DNA of 63,014 nt, filler included, from Ministeria vibrans ATCC 50519 (Eukaryota > Protista > Filasterea), in NCBI GenBank assembly GCA_943704425.1. It is 5 parts of 5 records of this genome, joined end to end, with 100 filler letters (N's around TTAATTAATTAA, not from the genome) between each part and the next. Parts side by side here need not be neighbours in the genome. Positions count along the whole stretch, not along the records: positions 30,253 to 60,100 come from CALSCP010002308.1; positions 60,201 to 61,893 come from CALSCP010000275.1; positions 61,994 to 63,014 come from CALSCP010001592.1; 2 more parts are not named here. One strand, given 5' to 3'. The notes under the pieces are model-generated. The model did no database searches, had not been told where the DNA came from, and was given only the letters and a program-made list of their open reading frames with translations. The translations under genes were made by a program, and so were the position numbers. Positions 55,154 through 63,014 of this stretch are shown here, one piece after another. Numbering within the stretch: position 1 is the first letter of the stretch; each line of letters opens with the position of its first letter.

Positions 55154-58100
55154 CTAAAAGAGCTGCGAGCGATTCTTCTTGAATTGACGAAGCGACGCGA
55201 GAATCTCCTTGGCTGTGTCGCCGACCGTCTTGCACGAGTCGTCACTGGCAATGGACAGTTTGAGGCGCATCACGTTCTTGTAGGCGAGCAGGTGGAGGCG
55301 CTTGGCCTCGGGTAGGTGTCCAAGAGTGTCGTGTATTTGGGCGGCCAGCGACACAATTTTGCAGCCCCAGACACGCTCGTATGTGGTGCCGGAAATCTCG
55401 TCCTCGTCGGGCAGCGTGGCGAAGCGTTCGAGCACGTTGAGCGCGCGATTGATCAGTGCCTTGCGCTTACTCGCGCTCTTCTCCATGTCGGCGCGCCGCA
55501 ACAGACACTCGCTGTAGTTGAAGCGAGCCAGAAGAAGGGTGTGGTGCATAGGGGCAGTGGCAAAGTGGACGCTAATGCGCTCCTCGAGAATCGCCTCGAA
55601 CACCAGCAATGCCTTGTTGTGCTCGTTTTGCTTCACGAGTGCCAGAGCGTGCGTCTGCTTGGAGGAGTGCGCCAGGTCGCACAAACTGCTGCTTTCCGCG
55701 CCCAAACGTCGTGCCTCGTCCTGCAGCGCAAACGAACCTTCGAGAAGGTCTAGTGCGCGCTCCTGACTCTTCTTGTCTGTGCCAAAGCCCGGCAGCCGAA
55801 TAAGAGCATCGGCAAACTCGTGGCGCAGCACGGCCAACGGAATGTGCGATGGGGATTCACGATGGAGTCGCTCTTGCAACTCAAGCACATCTTGAAAGAG
55901 GGGTATCGCCTCGGTAAGTCGGCCTGATTTGGCAGTAGCCCTGGCAATGGCATGCTTGGCGGAAGCAATGGAGCTGTGATCGGGTTTTCCGGCGTGTAGC
56001 ACCTCAAACGTGCGAAGCACATCCTTGTAGACCACAATAGCGTCGTCGTAACGCGCCAAGTGCACGTAGACATCGCCCAGGTTGAGCTTGGTCGAGGCCA
56101 CGGAGGGGTGGTGTGGGTAGCCCTGGTGAAAGCTCATCTTCACCTTGAGCGACTCGACGTAGAGCGACAGTGACTTGGCGTAGTTGCCCAGGCGCATGTG
56201 AACGTTGGCCAGGCCATGCTTGGCGGTGGCCACATGCAGACGACTCACGTCACAGCAGCGAAGGATGCGCAGTGATTCGGTGTACATCGCCAGAGCTTCC
56301 TGGTCGCGAGCAAGACGCACGTACACATTGGCCAGCGTGTACTTGGCATTGGCCATAGGCAAATTGTCCGGGTGGTGTGCGTAGATGCGCTCCAGCATAC
56401 CCACCACACGCTCAATCATGGACAGCGCCTCGCTCAGCTGCGACATATTCGCCATAAGATTGGCGCGCACGTAGAGCGTGTCGGCAACGCGCGGGTGGCA
56501 GTCTAGCGCGTCTGCATGAAGCGTGTCGATGATTCGCTGCGACTCCTCGACCAGCGTCATTGACGCACCGTAATCTCCTTTTTCGCTGAGCACACGACCC
56601 ATCTCGCGTTTGGTCTCGGCAATCGCCGAATGATTCGGCTGCTCGTCATACAGCTGAAATTGCAGGTTGAGCGCTTCGGCGAGTCGCGTTAGAGCCTCGT
56701 CAAATTTGCCAAGGTTCGCGAGGGCCGTCGAGTGAAACAAAATGGCCTCAATAAGACGCGCAGAGTTCACATCAAACAAGGTACGCGCCATTTTCTCCGC
56801 ACGCGCCGCCTGATCCACTACCAGCTCTGTGTCGCCGGCGCAACCCGTGACGCGAGCACACATCATGAGTGCCTCCACGCGTATCCAGTGATTCACTTCG
56901 CGCTCCAGCACTTCACCTATTACCTCCATGAGGTGTTCGTGCGATGTCAATGCCTCGTTGTAGAGCACCTTTGACGCGTAGCACTCGGTAAGACTCAGGC
57001 ATGTGGTCATGTGCACCAGTGGCCACAGTTCAATGGAGGCACGTTTGATGCACTCGCACATGAGTGCCGCAGCACGATTGCACACTGTGCGCGTGTCCGT
57101 CAAATGCAACATGGCACACACGCGTGCCCATTCGAGAAAAGCGCGTTCGCCGTGACGATCACATTGCTCCAATATATCGAGAGCACGCTCGCGCATTTTC
57201 ACGGCGTCGCCAAGCTTTCCCATTGTCTCACATCGAATCGCGTCGACAAGGTACACACGAGCACGATGTACCGAGTGCTCATCGGTCAGAGATGTAGCGC
57301 GAGCCAACAAGCGCCCCGCGTGTTCCATGTCGCAGCGCAATTTCAGGCCAAGCTGTGCACAGTGAGCGAGGGCCTTAACACGGTGCACCCTGTCGATCGA
57401 AAGAGTGCCATTCTCACGACCAACTCCCTCTCCCACTTCCTCCTCCTCGCGATCCCACACATCAATTGCCATTTGAAAAACACGCGACGCCAGTCGATCG
57501 TCACGGTTGCCCAAAAGGGAGACTGCCTTGAAGAAGAGTTCGCGGGCGGTCGACGAGTCCTCTTGCGGTTGTTGTTGGTCACACGGAGTGCCCAGCACTG
57601 CAAGGAGCCCCGACGCGGTCTGGTCGCCCTCCGTGCTGCCCAAACAGTAGTTGAGAAAAGACAGAATGTCGGCATTGATCTCGGGCAAATGCACACGGGC
57701 GTTGGCACTGTCGAGACGCGCCTGGTGTGCCTCCGTTATTGACGCAAGATTTCCCAAGACATCACACATGCTCTTTTTGGCCGACCAGCCTTTGGGGTCC
57801 GACATGATCAGGTACAGGAGGGTAGCACCCACGGAGTAGACGTCCATCCATGCGGACTTGGAATTGGCCTGTGCCTCCGGTTGGAATGAGGTGTCAGTGT
57901 CTAAAAAAAAAAAAAAAAGAACAACAACAGAGCAAAATGAGAATGCGTTAGGATTTTGGCAAGACCACATTTTCACCTGATTGCTGCTCTACGCCAATGT
58001 TGGTGATCATCGCACGAAGTTGGGTGCGGTAAGAGCCATCTGAGCTGGTGAGCGTCTCGGGGGCAATGAGGACGTTCGCTGGCGACACGTTGAGCAGACG

Positions 58101-59400
58101 GATGCCTCGTGCATGGAGGAAGGCAAGTGCCTCGGCGAGATCTTGCGCTAGCGAGAGCACCAGCTGGGTGGCTGCCGAGCGGTTGGGAACGCCTGAAAAT
58201 GGGCTGTGCATTGGCTCTTTGGGAGCTTGGACGGTCTCACCACGGTCGATGCGGAGCCAGTCCGTCATATCCTGTGGGCAAGCCTCGGGATCCACATTGT
58301 AGTTGTGTTTGTCGTCGGTGTCGGAGCGATGACGAAACAACGACGACGTCTCGCAATGACGTTTGAGCGAACGTTGAGTGTGTACCTTGTCAAGGAGCAA
58401 ATGGACGCGCTCCTGATTGGTAAAGGTTGCAATGCACGTCACGACATTGCGATGGCGTGCCAGACTGAGCCAGCGACGGGCCTGCGAGAGGGTAATGTCG
58501 GTGAGCACCATGGCCAGACGAAGCCCCGTTTGTGCGTCTTCACACGATAAGACAAGCTCCGAGTCCGCTATAGAACAACAACAACAACAAAAAAAAAAAA
58601 AGCCATTAATTTTATCAATTTTTTGCAGACGATAATGGCTTTACTTTCTCGTGCGAGTGATCGGACACGATAGCGTCGAGGTTCGACGGCTTCGCCGTAG
58701 GAAAAGGCAAGACAGTGAAGAGGACCTGGTTCACCACAGTGGATGGCCTGACGCAGGAAGGCGATGGGGATCCGTGTCATGTTGGCTATCGTGAGATCCG
58801 CTGCGAGTCCAAACTGGACACGCTCGTGTGAGTCGTGCACGGCCATGCGAAAGTCCGTAAACCACGTGCGGAGAGTACGCTCCTCTGCTACTCTCTCGGA
58901 CGCGTCGTCGGCGTCGTCAGCCCCCTCATCTTGCTGGCCACAGAGCTTGGCAAAATAGTCGCTCTGCACAGAGTGCAAGTGCCACTTCCCCGACGCGGGC
59001 CATGCCGCTTGCATGCTCGAGTCGCCCCAGTGGAGCACTGCATCCACGAGGGATCTCTCCTCCCAGGTCGTCTCGTCTGGCTGGAAACACGCATTATTTC
59101 AAAGTCGTGCGACATTTTCAGACGAATATCTTTCTTTTGTTTCTGATTTTCTTGGCGGCTTACCAGAATACCAAACAGCATTTCGGCACGAAAGAGACGT
59201 CTTCGAAGCACATTGTTCGAGCACAGCTGAACAGCGTACGGGGTGTCGTTTTCGCCTAAAAACGAGCGAATGAGATACGTTCTGATATGATTTTGCGCTC
59301 TCAAGACGCATTGTGGGGTACGCATGATGATCTGCATTAGCATGTGCGGACTCGCGCGAGCATGGTGTGATTGTGGACTCAACAAGCGCGAGGTGAACAT
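55154..59400 (-). CDS. N-terminal unknown domain + pseudokinase + long TPR array (kinesin-light-chain/TPR_12-like), 4 exons
   Basis: Kinase fold (HRNVV, LAEALAFLHARGIRLLNVSPANVLI, ITNIG, FQPE, DVYSVG) lacking VAIK Lys, HRD and DFG; about 42-44-aa repeats such as HPSVASTKLNLGDVYVHLARYDDAIVVYKDVL; introns splice in frame. Confidence 0.8.
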
Positions 59401-59479
59401 GATTAATTTTAATAAGTAAAGTGAAAATTAGTTTAAAAATGAAATCAGTTCTCAATTCTCACATTTTTAAATATCAACT

Positions 59480-59729
59480 ATGATTCGATTCCTGCTCCTC
59501 TGCTTCTTTGTATGTGTCTCCGTCTCGCAAAATCCGTACGAGCCTGGAAAATACTCCGTGGTGGTTGTGAAAGGTAAAACCTGCATTGTTATTTGTTGCT
59601 TGTTTATTGTTTGACTCACTCAACGCAACAGAACCATGGAAGAAGGACAACGCCACGTCGCCGCCGGAGACACTTGACATTTACATTCCGATCATGTCTG
59701 AGCGAGCTCCCGTTGCTGTGTTTCTCGGC
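59480..59729 (+). CDS. Secreted chlorophyllase-like alpha/beta hydrolase, 5' fragment (truncated at contig end)
   Basis: MIRFLLLCFFVCVSVSQNPYEPGKYSVVVVK|EPWKKDNATSPPETLDIYIP...PVAVFLG resembles the chlorophyllase N-terminus (F.PG...SPP..L.I..P...PV..F.hG). Catalytic triad not in the window. Confidence 0.55.
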
Positions 59730-59779
59730 GGTCTCGTACAGACGAAACAAAATAATTATAACGCATTGCATCTAATTGT

Positions 59780-60100
59780 CTCTCCTCTTCTGTCGACTAC
59801 TCTCTCTCTCTCTCTCTCTCTTTGTCTTCCTTCATCGTTCTCTGTACCTCTCTGTCTCTGTATCTCTCTGTCTCTGTATCTCTCTCTGTATCTCTCTGCT
59901 GTCTCTCTCTACCTCTCTTCCTTCTATCTCTCTATCACTCTGTCTCTCTCTCTCTCTATCACTATATTTCTTTCTCCCTCCTCTCTCTCTATCACTTTGT
60001 TTCTTTCTCCCTCCTCTCTCTCTATCACTTTGTTTCTTTCTCCCTCCTCTCTCTCTATCACTTTGTTTCTTTCTCCCTCCTCTCTCTCTATCACTTTGTT
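59780..60100. repeat. TC-rich tract and CTCTCTATCACTTTGTTTCTTTCTCCCTC tandem array
   Basis: About 30-nt units of the same minisatellite family, running into the gap. Confidence 0.88.
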
Positions 60101-60200
60101 NNNNNNNNNNNNNNNNNNNNNNNNNNNNNNNNNNNNNNNNNNNNTTAATTAATTAANNNNNNNNNNNNNNNNNNNNNNNNNNNNNNNNNNNNNNNNNNNN
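60101..60200. other. Artificial contig spacer
   Basis: N-TTAATTAATTAA-N. Confidence 0.95.
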
Positions 60201-61061
60201 CCCACCCCCACCACCCCCACTGTCGTCATCCCACCCACTGCCGCTCCCAAACCCACCCCAGCCAAACGCCCCACCCCGACTAAACGTACTCCCATCCCCA
60301 AATCGCGCGCTCAGCCTTCCACGAAGACTGTCTCCCTCTCCGCCCTTGACGCCGTCATCTCCGCCGAACCCCCTCTCGTCTCTGCCACAAAATCTCGTCC
60401 GAAGCGTGCCGGGGCTCGTCCCCCTGCTCGCGCAAACATTCGAAAGCAGCGAGTCACCTCAGACCCAGATGGTAATAAAACGAGTGACAACACCATGACT
60501 CAATCTCACACACTCTTTCTACTCAGTTGACAACACCAGCACAACGAGCACAACAACAACGGGTGCATCAAACTCACCTCCACCCTCTAGTGCCACCGCA
60601 ACCGTCACTACAACCACTACGACTCCCGCTATTACTAAAGACACTGCAGAGGGAAAGGGCCCTGCTCGCAAGACTATTCAGGTGTGTGTGTGTGCTGCGT
60701 GTGTGTGCGCGTATGTTGATCGTTTGTGCCTTTTAGTCTCGTGGGGGAAGATTACGGAATTTCATGAAGGGAAGCGACGAAAAGAGTGGGAAGAAAGAGA
60801 AAGGAATTGCGGAGGAGAAGGAAGAAGGAGGAGGGAAGAAGAAAGGGAAAGGTGGGAAGAGTGGGAAGAAGAAGAGCAAAGAGATCGAGTCGGATGGGCT
60901 ATCTGTTGGGGATGAAGACGTAAGAACAAATGGGTGTGAGTGTGTGTATGTATGTACGTGTGTGGGAGAGAGAGAAAGAGAGAAAATGGGAGTTGTGTGG
61001 AAATCAGTTATTCTTTTTATTGTCTCTTTGTTGTCTGTCGTTTTGCTGATGCATTCTCATA

Positions 61062-61107
<46 letters not shown>

Positions 61108-61705
61108 TGTTTGTGTGCAGAGCAAGTCGATTCTGTCCAACGAAACGCTCGACGATTCATCTCTGAGTGTCTCGCGTCCCGTTCGCACTGTCAAGAGGAG
61201 AGTCTTGAAACCCAAAAAGACAAACGCAGTAAGCAAAATTAACCAACGGGCGAATTGCGTCAGAGAGGAGAACAAAACAAAGTGTGGGTGAGAGAGAGAG
61301 AGAGGAGAGAGAAAGAAACCAAGTTTGAGAAAGAAGCAGATTTGAAAGAGTGCGAGAGAAAGAAATGTGTGTGTGTGTGTGTGTGTGTTAATATTTTTCT
61401 TTGTTTTGTGTTGTAGGTCACCTATCATATCATTGGACGCGCAATCGTCAAACAGGAATACTCTCCAAGTGCATACGACGACTCACTGTTAGCGTTACAG
61501 GTAGCCAAACATAGTCAAGTTTCACTCTCTCGGTGCCTGTTTGTGTCTCATTGTTTTCACATAGGTTGGAGAGTCTGTTGATTTGGTGGAGAAGCGACAG
61601 ACTGGAATGTGGACTGGTGTGTGCAACAATCGCTTTGGACAGTTTACCTTTTTGTCAGTGGAAGAGACAGACGAAACAGTGGATGAAGATGTCACCTACG
61701 AGATG
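60201..61705 (+). CDS. Internal fragment of a Pro-rich adaptor with CPI-like motif and SASH/SLY-type SH3 domain
   Basis: LVSATKSRPKRAGARPP (CPI-like); SH3 GRAIVKQEYSPSAYDDSLLALQ|VGESVDLVEKRQTGMWTGVCNNRFGQFTFLSVE resembles the SASH1/SAMSN1 SH3. Both ends truncated. Confidence 0.7.
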
Positions 61706-61786
61706 GTACAACACACACCATGCTTGACATTTCTGGTTGTGATATGCTTTTGTGTGTGTGTGTGTGTCACCGTCACTCTCTGTGTG

Positions 61787-61893
61787 TTGTGTTTTCTCTG
61801 ATTTTGTTGTGTTTTCTCTGATTTTGTTGTGTTTTCTCTGATTTTGTTGTGTTTTCTCTGATTTTGTTGTGTTTTCTCTGATTTTGTTGTGTT
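61787..61893. repeat. 20-nt tandem repeat TTTTCTCTGATTTTGTTGTG
   Basis: About five perfect units ending at the gap. Confidence 0.92.
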
Positions 61894-61993
61894 NNNNNNN
61901 NNNNNNNNNNNNNNNNNNNNNNNNNNNNNNNNNNNNNTTAATTAATTAANNNNNNNNNNNNNNNNNNNNNNNNNNNNNNNNNNNNNNNNNNNN
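61894..61993. other. Artificial contig spacer
   Basis: N-TTAATTAATTAA-N. Confidence 0.95.
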
Positions 61994-62081
<88 letters not shown>

Positions 62082-62100
62082 GTTATTGTTATTATTATTA

Positions 62101-62153
<53 letters not shown>

Positions 62154-62210
62154 GTTATTATTATTATTGTTATTATTATTATTATTCTCATTATTATTAT
62201 AGTATTATTA
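61994..62210. repeat. (TTA)n microsatellite
   Basis: Seen directly. Confidence 0.95.
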
Positions 62211-62245
62211 TTTTCTACGCTCGCACGTTAAATGATTTTTTCTAG

Positions 62246-62443
62246 GCTCTTTCGTACTTCATGTTGCGACGAGGAGAGCTCACTATTTTGATGCATCCGT
62301 TAACAGAACATGCGATTGAGGACCACACTGGCCGCGCAATGTGGCTGGGTCCCTCGTACCGTCTCAACTTGAATGTACTCAACGGTTCCGATCCGCCGCA
62401 GTACCCGGAGCTGCATCTCGGATACAATGGAAAAAGCCAATAA
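62246..62443 (+). CDS. DOPA 4,5-dioxygenase family protein, last exon
   Basis: After TTTCTAG acceptor: ALSYFMLRRGELTILMHPLTEHAIEDHTGRAMWLGPSYRLNLNVL matches the family C-terminal pattern R..L.vLiHP.T....DH...A.WLG...L...L. Confidence 0.82.
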   Translation, partial: ALSYFMLRRGELTILMHPLTEHAIEDHTGRAMWLGPSYRLNLNVLNGSDPPQYPELHLGYNGKSQ

Positions 62444-62627
62444 ACACCATTTCGTGTATGCATAAATAGGTTCAGCTTGCAAACTTTTAGTTATCCTTTT
62501 AAAAAAATAATTTAAATTAATACTAGTTCGCGCGCGAGAGAGAAGATCTCGTCCAGGCATAGAAAGCAGAAAAGAAGAAAGAAAATGAGTGTTTGTATAG
62601 GGTAGAAGCACAACAGGGGGAGAGCAC

Positions 62628-62992
62628 TTATGCCTTATAGCGGTAGAGGTCCTTCTGGTCCTCGGCACGCTCGAGGTACTCCTTCTCCAGGAGCACTCCA
62701 ATGTTCTTCTTGATCATGGGCACGCTCGGCTGGAAGCGACTCTTGAGCTGGTTGATGACCTCCGTCACAAGCTCCGAATGTACCATTTGCTTGCGTGCCT
62801 TCATCACGCGCACCACACACGCCTGGATGTAGTGCTTGCGGTCTTCCTGTACACAGATGTTTCGAGTGTAAGGCAACACAAACACACAATAAATAAATAA
62901 AAAATCGTACAAGAACGTGCTGGTGGGTCTCGTCACGCTCAACCTTTTGCTCCGCCTTGATCGGCATGTTCAAATTCACGCGCACACGGTTG
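62628..62992 (-). CDS. CUL1: Cullin (CUL1-like) C-terminal neddylation domain, last two exons
   Basis: RVNLNMPIKAEQK...EDRKHYIQACVVRVMKARK...QLKSRFQPSVPMIKKNI..LLEKEYLER...YRYKA*; neddylation Lys in VRVMK. Confidence 0.9.
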
Positions 62993-63014
62993 CTAAGCAT
63001 TACAGAAAAAAAAA

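Noticed and set aside
59474-59680. Minus-strand 68-aa ORF as a gene end
   Set aside because: The plus strand gives a better model (signal peptide, GT-AG intron, hydrolase-like motif).
61705-62246. Joining the SH3 fragment to the DOPA dioxygenase exon as one gene
   Set aside because: They are separated by an artificial contig spacer.

Overview
Gene-dense eukaryotic genomic DNA with short GT-AG introns (mostly 55-110 nt), microsatellite-rich introns and the standard genetic code. It is a concatenation of at least five contigs joined by artificial N-TTAATTAATTAA-N spacers (about 28.0, 30.2, 60.1 and 61.9 kb), so gene adjacency across those points is meaningless. Gene content (FMNL-type formin, SCAPER, HGS/Hrs, Tribbles-like pseudokinase, LYSET/TMEM251, PX-PTB adaptor, SASH-type SH3, receptor tyrosine kinase relic) plus very compact intergenic spaces suggests a unicellular holozoan (choanoflagellate- or filasterean-like); this is an inference. 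I spliced about 25 genes by hand. Family assignments come from recalled motifs, not database searches. The most notable candidate is a multi-exon gene at 42929-48468 that appears to fuse a DEP domain, a diacylglycerol kinase (GGDGT intact), a C2 domain and a Nir/RdgB-type LNS2 HAD domain with an intact lipin-like catalytic set (DLDGT...GNTGSD). That would be one polypeptide with opposing DAG->PA and PA->DAG activities, and the fusion depends on a 20-nt microexon. Other highlights: homologues of 'animal' genes LYSET and Tribbles (with the COP1 degron DQIVP), a PX-PTB protein with 11 unfamiliar helical repeats, and a pseudokinase-TPR fusion.
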